A stretch of 64,000 nucleotides of DNA, from positions 267,137-331,136 of the forward strand of contig JBBRSP010000004.1 of assembly GCA_038245295.1 (NCBI GenBank), read 5' to 3'. The position numbers and the translations under genes were made by a program. This document shows positions 1 to 9,122 of the stretch, one piece after another (the first letter of the stretch is position 1; each line of letters starts with the position of its first letter). The notes under the pieces were generated by a model. That model did no database searches. It was given only the letters and a program-made list of their open reading frames with translations, and was not told the DNA's origin. The DNA comes from Candidatus Binatia bacterium (GTDB lineage: Bacteria; Desulfobacterota; Binatia; HRBIN30).

Positions 1-1858
1 CTTCCTCGGCGCGCCACTCATCTATGACGATTATCCAGGCATCGTGAACAACGTTTCGCTGCGACGGCTCTGGCCGCTTTTTGGCACGGCCGGGGTCGCC
101 GGCCCGTTGCTTCCGCCCGGCGGCCAACCGACAGAGCGTCGCCCGTTCTCCAACCTTACCCTGGCGATCAACTACCATTTCGGGGGAACCGACCCTGCGG
201 GCTATCACCTCGTCAACGTCGTCCTTCATATCCTGACAGCGACGATGCTGGCGGCCCTGATTCGTCAAACACTACGTTTGCCCTACTTCGATGGTCAGTG
301 GAACGAGCACGGCGGACTGCTAGCGCTCGCTATCACGCTTGTCTGGGCCGTTCATCCGCTGCACACGGGAGCGGTCATCGTAGCGATTCAGCGCAGCGAG
401 CTGCTGGCATCCTTCCTCTATGTCATGACCATGTGGACGGCCCTGCGTTACTGGGGAGCGACGGCGCCAGCGCCGCGCCGGCTTTGGTTCACGGTGGCCA
501 TCGGCTCGAGTCTGGCGGCAATGACATCCAAAGAGATCGCTGCCTCGCTGCCGCTGGCCGCATTGTTCTACGAACGGACTTTTCTGGCGACCTCGTGGCG
601 CCAGGTGCGGCGTTCTTGGCCCCTGGTGATCCTCATGACGCCAGGCTGGGGTCTCATAGGTATGATGCTGTGGGCGAACCGCGACAGTGCTCGCTCGGCC
701 TTCGCGACCTCGCGTTATGTCCTCCCTTTTAGCACCTGGTGGGTAACGCAGACGAAAGTCCTGCTGCTCTATCTCAAACTGGCGATCTGGCCGTGGCCGC
801 TCTCAGTCCACTACGCGCCAACTTACCTGCAAACCTTCGACGCGGCGTGGCCGTGGCTTTTGGCGTTCGCGCTCCAAACCACAGCCACGACGGCCGTGGT
901 TTGGCGACGCCCGGCCGCCCGCTTCGTCCTCGTCGTGATGGCAATGATTCTCGCCCCATCCACACTCGTGCCGGTTTTCCGAATGATGGTCGCTGAGCAG
1001 CGCGTCTACTTGGCCCTCGCAGGGTTGATCACGCTAGGCGTGCTCACAGGCTATCGCGCGATCTTGGCCTATGCTCCCGTTCACGGCGACAGGCTCGCCG
1101 CCGGCGCCGTGGTACTGCTTGTTCTGATTTTCGGCAGCGTGACCACGCGCCGGCTGAGCGCCTATGAGGACCACGTTACTCTCTGGCAAGACAACGTTCG
1201 AGACCAGCCGGACGATGCCACCGCACACTATAACCTCGCCCTGGTATTGATCACCGACAAACGCACTCCAGAAGCGATGCATTCGTTGGAAGAAACGCTA
1301 CGTCTTGATCCCGAGCACCAAGGCGCCCTCAACAACATGGGCATGCTGCTTGAACAGCATGTGGGCGCCCACCCGGAGGATGTCGCCGCCGTTAATCTCC
1401 TCGGCGAAATCATGGTGAAGTTAAACCACCCGCGCGAGGCCGTCGCGCAGTTCGAACGAGCGCTCGAAATCGAACCGGCCAACGCCGTAACTCACAGCAA
1501 TATGGGAACCGCCCTCGCCGTGTTGGGGCGCACGGGCGAGGCCATCGACCAATTCGACACATCGCTACAGTTGCAGCCGGACCATCTGAAGACTCACTAC
1601 AACTTTGGCGTGCTCCTGCTGGGCGCCGGCCGCCCCAGCGCGGCAATCGAGCATTTTCAGTACATCATACGACATGACCCAGACGACGCGCTGACTCGTC
1701 TCAAATGCGCCATCGCCTATGCTCTCAGCAACGATCGAGAACAAGCCCTTGCCATGGCCGAGGCGGGCTTGTCGGTGGCGCAGGCGCGGCAACAGGACGC
1801 ATTGGCCAACGAGATCCGCGCCTGGCTCGTCGACCAGCGCAGTCGACCCACTGCGTGA
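1..1858 (+). CDS. TMTC-like membrane GT-C glycosyltransferase with C-terminal TPR repeats (5' partial)
   Basis: Frame is open from the window start (FLGAPLIYDDYPGIVNN, luminal DD motif). Motifs RP..NLT, YHLVNVVLH, HPLHT, SKE, WPLSVHY and AEQRVYL; many TM segments, then several TPRs. Confidence 0.8.
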   Translation, partial: FLGAPLIYDDYPGIVNNVSLRRLWPLFGTAGVAGPLLPPGGQPTERRPFSNLTLAINYHFGGTDPAGYHLVNVVLHILTATMLAALIRQTLRLPYFDGQWNEHGGLLALAITLVWAVHPLHTGAVIVAIQRSELLASFLYVMTMWTALRYWGATAPAPRRLWFTVAIGSSLAAMTSKEIAASLPLAALFYERTFLATSWRQVRRSWPLVILMTPGWGLIGMMLWANRDSARSAFATSRYVLPFSTWWVTQTKVLLLYLKLAIWPWPLSVHYAPTYLQTFDAAWPWLLAFALQTTATTAVVWRRPAARFVLVVMAMILAPSTLVPVFRMMVAEQRVYLALAGLITLGVLTGYRAILAYAPVHGDRLAAGAVVLLVLIFGSVTTRRLSAYEDHVTLWQDNVRDQPDDATAHYNLALVLITDKRTPEAMHSLEETLRLDPEHQGALNNMGMLLEQHVGAHPEDVAAVNLLGEIMVKLNHPREAVAQFERALEIEPANAVTHSNMGTALAVLGRTGEAIDQFDTSLQLQPDHLKTHYNFGVLLLGAGRPSAAIEHFQYIIRHDPDDALTRLKCAIAYALSNDREQALAMAEAGLSVAQARQQDALANEIRAWLVDQRSRPTA

Positions 1859-1945
1859 TCCGCCGTCTGGCAGCCTCTCCATCAGAACAAACGCCCGATT
1901 TCGAAGTGAGCCACGGCCGGAGCCACAATTTTTACGTCTCCGTGT

Positions 1946-3625
1946 TCAAGCGCCGCTCCTGATTGCCACTCCAGCGCTGTCTCCTTTGGCGGCGATCTTG
2001 GCCGGCTCGACCTCCGGGGCCTGCCCCAACTGATGCGCGACGAAACGGTTCAGCAGCATACGTTCAAAGTAGGTTCGCGGTTGTTTGCGCGCGATGCTGC
2101 GAGCCAGCAACCAAAGGCGGAAGGGCCTCAGGAGGAACTGCAGGACATAGAAGTAGGCCATTGTGCCGACACAGAGCCAGCTGACGGACCAGCCTGGGAG
2201 ATGGCGCGTCCACGAGCGCCGGAGATTGAAGTTCGTGAAGACATTCTGTGCCAACGCGCGGTCATACTCGTCACCGTCCGTAACGATCTGGCCTTCGGCA
2301 ACCAGTTGATCGTAGAGCTCGCTGCCTGGGTATGGCGCGAACGCATAACACCCCAGGTCGTGGACGCCGCTCGCGGCAACGCGTGTGGCGAATGCCAACG
2401 ACTTGAGTACGTCGAGCTTGGTCTGTCCGGGCATTCCGAAAATGAGATGACACCGCGTCACCAGTCCGAGCTTCACGGCCTCGCGCATCGACGCGAGCAT
2501 CTTCTCCGGACGAACCTTCTTCTTGATACGAGCCAGCTCGGCGACCGAGCCGCTTTCGGCAGCGTAGGCAAACGAATGACAGCCGCTCCGCTTCATCCAC
2601 GAGAGCACCTCGTGATCGAGAGCCTCGGAACGGGTTCCCGACGGCATGGCCCATTGGATGTCGAGCTTCTCTTCGATCAGGATCTTGGCGAAGGCGATGA
2701 TCCAATCCCTACGGACCACCATCGTCAGGTCTTGAAAGTCAAAGTAGCGTGCGCCGAACGTGCGGTAGTAGTGCTTGATCTCCTCGCACACCTTGCGTGG
2801 ATCGCGCGGTATCCATTTCGTACCGAACATCTGCGGGCTGGAACAGAATGTACACTGGTACGGGCAACCTCGCGACGCAACGATGGGCATGCAGCGCGCG
2901 CTAACCGGACCGTTAGCCAGTTCGTTGTCGAGATAGTTGGACAACGGAACCGAACTCCAGTCAGGCCAGGGGATTTCGTCCACTTGGAGAATACGTTGCC
3001 GCGGCATCGTCGTGCGCACGCGTCCCTGCGCGTCGCGAATCGCAATTCCGGGAACATCGTCGAGGCTCAACCCCTGGCCAAAATGTGCAGCGATGTCGGC
3101 GATGGTTTCCTCGCCTTCGCCCAGGACGCAGCAAAGCACCTCGGGGACTCGGTTCAGAAGCCGCTCGTAGTCGGCGGTCGGATGTTCCCCACCGACGACG
3201 ATCGGTACACCAGGGAACTTCTCGGCGATCCGGGCGATCGTGCGGCGGCAGTAGATCCACGAGTTGGAGAACATACAACTCACGCCGATCAAATCAACAT
3301 CAAGCGGAATTCGCTCCACCACTTGCTCGGCGATCAGGCCGCTGATGGAGTAGCCCTCGGGGTCGCGAGTCAGCTGTCGGGGTGCCTCGCCGAAGGCGTC
3401 GATGATACGGACCCGATGGCCGGCCTTCTTGAGGTAAGCGGTCAAGTAGGCCAAGCCGATCGGCGGCGCGTCGAACATTGAGACGTTGTGCGCGGAAACC
3501 GGTAGTATCGCCGCTGGACGAACCAGGACAATCGACAGCGGCCTCTGCGGATCGAGCTTCGGTCGCAGAAAAGTCGCTTGTGAGCGGTTCGATTTACTAT
3601 CAACGGCGTTGTGCAACGGGGGCAA
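1946..3625 (-). CDS. B12-binding radical SAM protein (class B methyltransferase-like)
   Basis: PPIGLAYL and VGGEHPT (cobalamin-binding domain); SRGCPYQCTFC CxxxCxxC motif. Start uncertain: TTG at 3625 follows GGAGGA; the ORF track starts at 3640. Confidence 0.88.
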   Translation of the reverse strand: MPPLHNAVDSKSNRSQATFLRPKLDPQRPLSIVLVRPAAILPVSAHNVSMFDAPPIGLAYLTAYLKKAGHRVRIIDAFGEAPRQLTRDPEGYSISGLIAEQVVERIPLDVDLIGVSCMFSNSWIYCRRTIARIAEKFPGVPIVVGGEHPTADYERLLNRVPEVLCCVLGEGEETIADIAAHFGQGLSLDDVPGIAIRDAQGRVRTTMPRQRILQVDEIPWPDWSSVPLSNYLDNELANGPVSARCMPIVASRGCPYQCTFCSSPQMFGTKWIPRDPRKVCEEIKHYYRTFGARYFDFQDLTMVVRRDWIIAFAKILIEEKLDIQWAMPSGTRSEALDHEVLSWMKRSGCHSFAYAAESGSVAELARIKKKVRPEKMLASMREAVKLGLVTRCHLIFGMPGQTKLDVLKSLAFATRVAASGVHDLGCYAFAPYPGSELYDQLVAEGQIVTDGDEYDRALAQNVFTNFNLRRSWTRHLPGWSVSWLCVGTMAYFYVLQFLLRPFRLWLLARSIARKQPRTYFERMLLNRFVAHQLGQAPEVEPAKIAAKGDSAGVAIRSGA

Positions 3626-3858
3626 GTGCGACTCCTCCAAGCGCGAGGCGATAAAGCGACTGAATGACCTCCTTACGCTGGTCCCGCGAGAACTGTCAAC
3701 ACAAGCGGCCGGAAGTGGTCGGAAGGTGGGGGCTCACACCGAGCTGCCACGCGGCGACGCGCTCCGAACGAGCCAAACGCCGCCGGAGATGCGCCAGCAA
3801 CCCGGGGCGCTGAACAGGATAGACAGGATTGGCGCGCGGAGCGCCCGACTCTGCCCTA

Positions 3859-6039
3859 CTAGTCGCAACTGCGCAGCGCGTTTCCTACGGCAAGCAAAAT
3901 CTCCTCAATCGTGATCCCACCATCGCTGTTGCTGTCGCCAACGACGCAGGCATCCACGGTTGCGGTGCCGAGCGCGACGTTGACGAGGGTCAGAATCTCC
4001 TCGACGGTGACCTCGCCGTCGCCGCCGCAATCGCCGACACATGGTGGGATCAATGGCGTGGGCGATGGGATCGCGGTGCTGGTTGCCGAAGCGACAGGCG
4101 TCGCTGTGGCTGAAGACGAAGCGCTGGGAGTCGCCGAAGCGGTCGGCGGGGTCGACCCGATCGGTGAGGCGGGCGGTGTCGCTGTTGCGAAATGGGTGGG
4201 TAGAGCTGTCTGGCTGGGGGTGGGATTCGGAGTCACGCTCGGGACGGCAACGCTCTGGGTGGGGCTCCCCGTAGGTGTTGGTGTTGGGCTCGGTGCCGGG
4301 CTCGGGGTGCATGCCCGCGGCTGGCTGGAACAACCGAGTACCGGGTCACAAACCTCACAGGGTGACGTCGGATCGCAACGCTCTTTCGTGCAGAACTCGG
4401 AGCAGCCGTCGCAGTTGAGAGTATTGCCGTCGTCGCATTCTTCGTCCCCCTCTTTCATCCCATTGCCGCATGAGGAGCACGGGTTCGCGCAGTCCTGGCC
4501 GGGCCCCGGCTTACATCCCTCACTGAGCTCAAGCGACGGTTCGGGTAGCACGGCACCGGCGCGGATCGAGCTTCCGGGGTCCTTCGGCATGGCGATCATG
4601 ACGAAACCGCCGAAGGTTTCCGAGCCGCGGCCGAGAGCGTTGACGACGCCGTCGATGGTGATGAGATGGTTCACCGTGATGTTGATCGTGCCACCCTCGC
4701 CGGAGGCGCGCGCGTAGACTTCACCACTGCGCGGCACATTCAAAGAACAGCTGGTCAAGAAGATGTCTCCGCCGCGGCTGGAATAACCATAGTAGCCTTG
4801 GACGATGGGCCCGCCGCCGACGTTGAGCGTGCCGGAAATGAGCAGCGACGTGCCGGCCAGGGCGTCGATCTCACCGCCGGTGCTGGCCGCTGCGATGCCA
4901 CGGGCGCCGACCAGGCCGGTGATCGACATGTCGGTGCCGGCGGTAAGGTTGACCGTGCCGCCGAAGTCGCGTCCGTTGGCGACGATGCTCCCGTCGATCA
5001 CGACTCGGTGGCCGGCATTGATGTCCACATCGCCGGTCGGCTTGAGCGACTCGCTGACGATGAGCGAGGCACGCTGGGTGATGGTGATGTCGCCGAGAGC
5101 TCGCAGGTCGACGTTGCCGCCGTCGCCGTCCGCCCCGCTGCCTTCCAGCGAGACGTTGCCGTCGATGATCACATTGCCGAGGGTAGCTTCCAGATCGAGA
5201 AGTCCCCCTTCGCTATCGATGCCGTTGTTGCTCTGCATCGACACGGGGCCCAGAACGAGGATCTCTTTTGTCGCGATCATCGTGACGTAGCCACCGTGAG
5301 AGTAACTGGAGTTGCCTTTCAGGGCGCGCGTGACGATGCGAGTGCCGGCCTCGAGCTCGATTGATCCATCACCCTCGCCACTGACGTCGAGGATATCACC
5401 GAGGTCGATGGCACCGCCGGCTTCCATCGTAATGCGACCCGAGCGGCCCTCCGAACCTCCGACGGCGAGAATTTCGCTGCCGGCACGTGTGATGAGGTCG
5501 CCCGCGGCACGGATTGTAATGTCGCCGGCATCCGCGTCGACGGCGAGGTTGCTGGCGGTGAGGCGGCCGTTGATGGCGACGTTACCGCCCGAATCGATGG
5601 TGATGCTGCCAGCGCGATCGCTGCCGGAGACGTCGATGCGCGAGCGTGAGGAAGCCGACTTTTGCAGTGTGATATCGCCGGTGGTGCGGATCGTCAGATC
5701 GCCGCCGACCTTTTCCTCATTGCTGGCTCCGTCGCCGCGTCCGGCGATGTATGCCCCGGGTTGCATCGCAAACGAGCCGGTCACGATGGTGAGTTCCCCA
5801 GAGCCGAAGGTGAGCCGCCCGGTGCCGCTGAGGGTGAGTGGGCGGTCGCCGAAATCGAGACTGCACTGGGGTCCGAGCGTCAGCTGTTTGCTGATCGTAC
5901 AGGCGCCGGAGCTCGGGCAAAGCGCGCCTTCGCGCGCGCTGACATCGCCGGCGCTGCAAACTGTCTGCGCCGTGGCGCCGGTGGTGATCGACAAGACGAT
6001 CGCTACGACCGAAAGGCAGGCCTTACGACGTTCCCCTAT
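3859..6039 (-). CDS. Secreted protein: beta-helix/haemagglutinin-like G-rich repeats, myxobacterial Cys-rich motif, P/S/T linker, C-terminal dockerin-like domain
   Basis: Signal-like ERRKACLSVVAIVLSITTGATA; GGxI/VxLxA repeats; CGNG..EECDDGN..NCDGCS..C; duplicated GDxxxDGxxTxEEIL tail. Start uncertain. Confidence 0.8.
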   Translation of the reverse strand: MGERRKACLSVVAIVLSITTGATAQTVCSAGDVSAREGALCPSSGACTISKQLTLGPQCSLDFGDRPLTLSGTGRLTFGSGELTIVTGSFAMQPGAYIAGRGDGASNEEKVGGDLTIRTTGDITLQKSASSRSRIDVSGSDRAGSITIDSGGNVAINGRLTASNLAVDADAGDITIRAAGDLITRAGSEILAVGGSEGRSGRITMEAGGAIDLGDILDVSGEGDGSIELEAGTRIVTRALKGNSSYSHGGYVTMIATKEILVLGPVSMQSNNGIDSEGGLLDLEATLGNVIIDGNVSLEGSGADGDGGNVDLRALGDITITQRASLIVSESLKPTGDVDINAGHRVVIDGSIVANGRDFGGTVNLTAGTDMSITGLVGARGIAAASTGGEIDALAGTSLLISGTLNVGGGPIVQGYYGYSSRGGDIFLTSCSLNVPRSGEVYARASGEGGTINITVNHLITIDGVVNALGRGSETFGGFVMIAMPKDPGSSIRAGAVLPEPSLELSEGCKPGPGQDCANPCSSCGNGMKEGDEECDDGNTLNCDGCSEFCTKERCDPTSPCEVCDPVLGCSSQPRACTPSPAPSPTPTPTGSPTQSVAVPSVTPNPTPSQTALPTHFATATPPASPIGSTPPTASATPSASSSATATPVASATSTAIPSPTPLIPPCVGDCGGDGEVTVEEILTLVNVALGTATVDACVVGDSNSDGGITIEEILLAVGNALRSCD

Positions 6040-6104
6040 GGCGCGCCCCTTCGCACAAACCGCCTGAGATCCGCAAATGGAATCGCACGTTGGTGCATAG
6101 CCCT

Positions 6105-6152
6105 GGGGTGTGGGGTTGGGTTGCGGGCGGAGCCAACGTCGTGTCCTTCGTG
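6105..6152 (+). repeat. G-rich 48-bp dispersed repeat, copy 1 (copy 2 at 9002-9049)
   Basis: First 24 bp (GGGGTGTGGGGTTGGGTTGCGGGC) and last 12 bp (GTGTCCTTCGTG) are identical between the copies. Confidence 0.85.
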
Positions 6153-6246
6153 TCTCCCTCTTGGGGTTTTGCACGCCAATTCGAGAATGCCCTTCGAGAC
6201 GACCGCTGAAAGGATGCGGCCTCCTGCCCATGAACCCTGGTTAGTC

Positions 6247-6357
6247 GGTTCTCGTTCTGGATTCCGGGTTCTCGGTGCTCCATGCGTTCCGACTGCTCGC
6301 ACGACTCACTGGCCCAACGCATCGAGAATGGAAAATCGAGAACCCAGAACGAGAACC
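6247..6357. repeat. Inverted pair of 43-bp heptamer-based (GAGAACC-like) repeats
   Basis: 6247-6289 and 6315-6357 are imperfect inverted copies; a third copy lies at 63679-63721. Confidence 0.8.
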
Positions 6358-6421
6358 GGCCATCCAAACTCGATGAGCATCCGCTCATGGACTCGCCAAG
6401 CCGGCGTTCGCCGGTCGGGCT

Positions 6422-6546
6422 CTCAGGGCGAACGGAAATTGAGCTTGGAACTCAACCATGTAACCGTTCGGCCTGAGGAGCCGCCTCCTGAGGAGGCATC
6501 TTCTCCTCGTGCGGTCTCGAAGGATGTTTGGCGGCGTCTCGAAGGC
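6422..6546. repeat. REP-like palindromic element (CTCAGGGCGAACGG...CCGTTCGGCCTGAG; GTCTCGAAGG family)
   Basis: Inverted arms at 6422-6435 and 6464-6477; GTCTCGAAGG occurs twice after them and once inverted near 6191-6200. Resembles the interior of the MITE at 18034-18090. Confidence 0.65.
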
Positions 6547-6712
6547 CTCGCATCTGAATTGTCGTGCAAAGCCGGGATGAGGCAGAAGGCACGCGGCAGG
6601 AAGGGCGGCACCCTTCTGCCTGTTGCCTGTTGCCTCTTGCCCAGAGATCCCCGTCTTCGAGGTCGCGTGACCAAATGTTCTGGCCCACCCGCGTCACGCA
6701 ATTTGTCGGCAG

Positions 6713-7783
6713 TTAGCGGTCGGTGTCCGGCAAATGCTCCGCTCGTCGCCTTTCCACGCGGGCGCGCCACCGCAAGGCCGGCGTTTCGATGAGGTAGTAC
6801 GACGCCAGCGCGCACCCTACGGCCAACCCCAGGTTCACCGGAAAATGACAGGCGAACGACGTGGACGCTGGGTTCAAGAAAGGCTGTTGCCACAGATACA
6901 ACGAGTAACTCAACGTTCCCACGAACACGACTGGGCGCGCGTTCAACAGCGGTGCTGGTCCCTGGCTTGGGAAGCGAACGACGCGTTCGATTAGGGTTAG
7001 GATGCCCACGTTGCTGATCGTTTGCCCAAGTAACGAGTCCACCTTCGCCGACGGAAAGAACGCCATCGCCAACCCGAACGCCGGCGCCAGCCATACCCAC
7101 GGGCCTTTCACGAAGGAGATCCAGCGGGGCGACAGGGTCCACGCCTCACGATGCCACGCCAGCAGACATCCGGTGGCAATCGCGTCGGCGACCGTCGGGA
7201 ACGTTTCGCCGATTCCCGGACGAAAACTGGGCGCGGCCACCAACAGCCCGAGACGCAGCAACGGACTTGCGACGACGGTTACCAGCGCGGCCTTCGCCGC
7301 CCCACGCGGGCCCAGAAACTTCACGAGGAACGGCCACAGCAAATAGAACTGCTCTTCCACGGCCACCGACCAGGCATGGCCGAGATACCAAGACCGATCG
7401 TGGTGGTAGTTGGTCGTGTACGTGATGGCGGCCAAGATGTCGTAGCGGTTCAGCTTCACCCAACCCAGCATCCCCGCGATCGCCATGATGCCCACGAACA
7501 CATAGAACGCGGGAAAGATTCGCATCGTTCGTCGGAAGTAAAACCGGGTGAGCGAAATGGTGTTGGTTCGTTTTTCCTCGGCCAGCAGCAAGCTGGTGAT
7601 CAAGAAGCCCGAGATCACGAAGAACACGCGGACGCCGAATCCAGCCAGCGGCCCGGTCAGACCCTGGGACATGTGCGGGAAGCCCGCGGTACCCGATAGG
7701 TGGGCGAACAGCACAAAGGCAATCGAGAGCGCTCGCAGACCATCCAACGAAGGGATGCGAGAGAAAGAGCCCGTGCGTCTCAT
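6713..7783 (-). CDS. Acyltransferase-3 family membrane O-acyltransferase (OafA-like)
   Basis: LDGLRA, FFVISGFLIT, RRxxRIFP, HAWSVAVEEQFY and SYSLYLWQ motifs. Confidence 0.92.
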   Translation of the reverse strand: MRRTGSFSRIPSLDGLRALSIAFVLFAHLSGTAGFPHMSQGLTGPLAGFGVRVFFVISGFLITSLLLAEEKRTNTISLTRFYFRRTMRIFPAFYVFVGIMAIAGMLGWVKLNRYDILAAITYTTNYHHDRSWYLGHAWSVAVEEQFYLLWPFLVKFLGPRGAAKAALVTVVASPLLRLGLLVAAPSFRPGIGETFPTVADAIATGCLLAWHREAWTLSPRWISFVKGPWVWLAPAFGLAMAFFPSAKVDSLLGQTISNVGILTLIERVVRFPSQGPAPLLNARPVVFVGTLSYSLYLWQQPFLNPASTSFACHFPVNLGLAVGCALASYYLIETPALRWRARVERRRAEHLPDTDR

Positions 7784-7957
7784 GCGGGGGGATTGCTAAC
7801 ACGCCTGTTGGCGCGAAACCGGCGAAATCTAAAACGAACGCGCCGCACTTTGTTTTATTCGAGGTCACGAAAGCAAACTTTGAAGGATTCTTGAAGAATT
7901 CCTACAGGTCACGAACGGTACCAGTGATCTATATGCCCCGGTGTGGAGGGCTCGCCT

Positions 7958-8827
7958 ATGAAGCGATTGGTACTGGTGGTTGGAATCATCCTTGGGACGT
8001 GCATCTCAGCGGCAGTGGTCAATGCCGAACCGGTTGCGTGTTTGGCGGGGGCTCCGGAAGCATCTGGGGATGCCGCCAACCTGGCGGCCGTGAGCTCCAG
8101 CATTACGACGCAGTGCCCCTGCGCCAGCTTTGACGGCACACAACACCGCGGACACCGCGCCTACGTCTCCTGCGTCACGGGCGTGGTGCGCCAGGCACTC
8201 CGCGACAAGACGTTGCGTTCCCCGTGTCGGCGGGCGGCGATCTACGCCTCTGGCCAATCCACCTGCGGCTATCCTTCCAGTCAGGGTCGGCGGCCATGCA
8301 TCCACACGAATTCCCGGGGCAAGATCAGCTGTCGCGTTCGGCCTGAGAAGTCCTGTCGCGGCGACCGTAATGCTTTCTGCGGCGCCCGTAGCGCCTGTCT
8401 CAATGCCGCCGATACCGACCTCGATGGTCTTTTGACCCCCGCCGATAGCGGCGCCTGCAAGCCGCAGAACTGTGCGGCGCAGATGACGCAGTGGCAAGCT
8501 CGTAAGGTCAATTGGCAGGAAGACTGCTTTGATCAATGCACAAATCCGAGCACCATTGAGGAATGCAGCATCGGATGCACCATCGGCGGCGTTACGCTGG
8601 ATCCGATTTTCCAATCAGAAGATGCTGTTTGTAGGTCCAACCCCCTGACTACCTGTGAGGAGTTGCATACGGGGATGTTGGAGTGGTGCACCGCTCACCC
8701 AGAGCCGGCGCAGATATGTCTCGACGGCTGCACCGCCGACGCAATCTGTGAGACCCGGTGTTTGGAAGTCTACAACTGCGAGCGAGCCGCTCTCGAGTCG
8801 TACCAATACTGCGTGCGGACGTACTAA
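7958..8827 (+). CDS. Secreted cysteine-rich hypothetical protein
   Basis: GGAGGG SD before ATG 7958; signal peptide MKRLVLVVGIILGTCISAAVVNA; 26 Cys in the mature part; DTDLDG loop. Confidence 0.8.
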   Translation: MKRLVLVVGIILGTCISAAVVNAEPVACLAGAPEASGDAANLAAVSSSITTQCPCASFDGTQHRGHRAYVSCVTGVVRQALRDKTLRSPCRRAAIYASGQSTCGYPSSQGRRPCIHTNSRGKISCRVRPEKSCRGDRNAFCGARSACLNAADTDLDGLLTPADSGACKPQNCAAQMTQWQARKVNWQEDCFDQCTNPSTIEECSIGCTIGGVTLDPIFQSEDAVCRSNPLTTCEELHTGMLEWCTAHPEPAQICLDGCTADAICETRCLEVYNCERAALESYQYCVRTY

Positions 8828-8902
8828 GCAGGGCGGCGTAGAACGAGTCGATTTGGGGACTAAATTCGTATTACTTACGTTCGAATTCGTCGCAGGACGC
8901 GC

Positions 8903-8993
8903 AATTTAACAGGATGAGCAGGATACACAGGATGACCACGACAAGAACGTGTTCCCTGTTCCATCCTGTTTATCCTGTCCATCCTGTTGAATT
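8903..8993. repeat. Inverted repeat built of 9-mer units (xCAGGATxx)x3 per arm
   Basis: 8903-8934 and the reverse complement of 8962-8993 match at 28/32 positions. Confidence 0.85.
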
Positions 8994-9001
8994 CGTTCTG
9001 C

Positions 9002-9049
9002 GGGGTGTGGGGTTGGGTTGCGGGCAAAGCCCGCGTTGTGTCCTTCGTG
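9002..9049 (+). repeat. G-rich 48-bp dispersed repeat, copy 2
   Basis: Matches 6105-6152; contains the hairpin GCGGGC-AAA-GCCCGC. Confidence 0.85.
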
Positions 9050-9122
9050 GTGCACCTGCCATCTGTCCCAAATCCTCATTGCGTTTTTGACCGCCGCCGC
9101 GCGCACTGGTAGGTTCGTGGCT

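Noticed and set aside
2033..3481. Long antisense or alternative-frame ORFs (also 13861-15486, 20095-21462, 45316-46554, 60049-61131)
   Set aside because: Shadow ORFs expected from high-GC codon bias opposite well-supported genes; no motifs.
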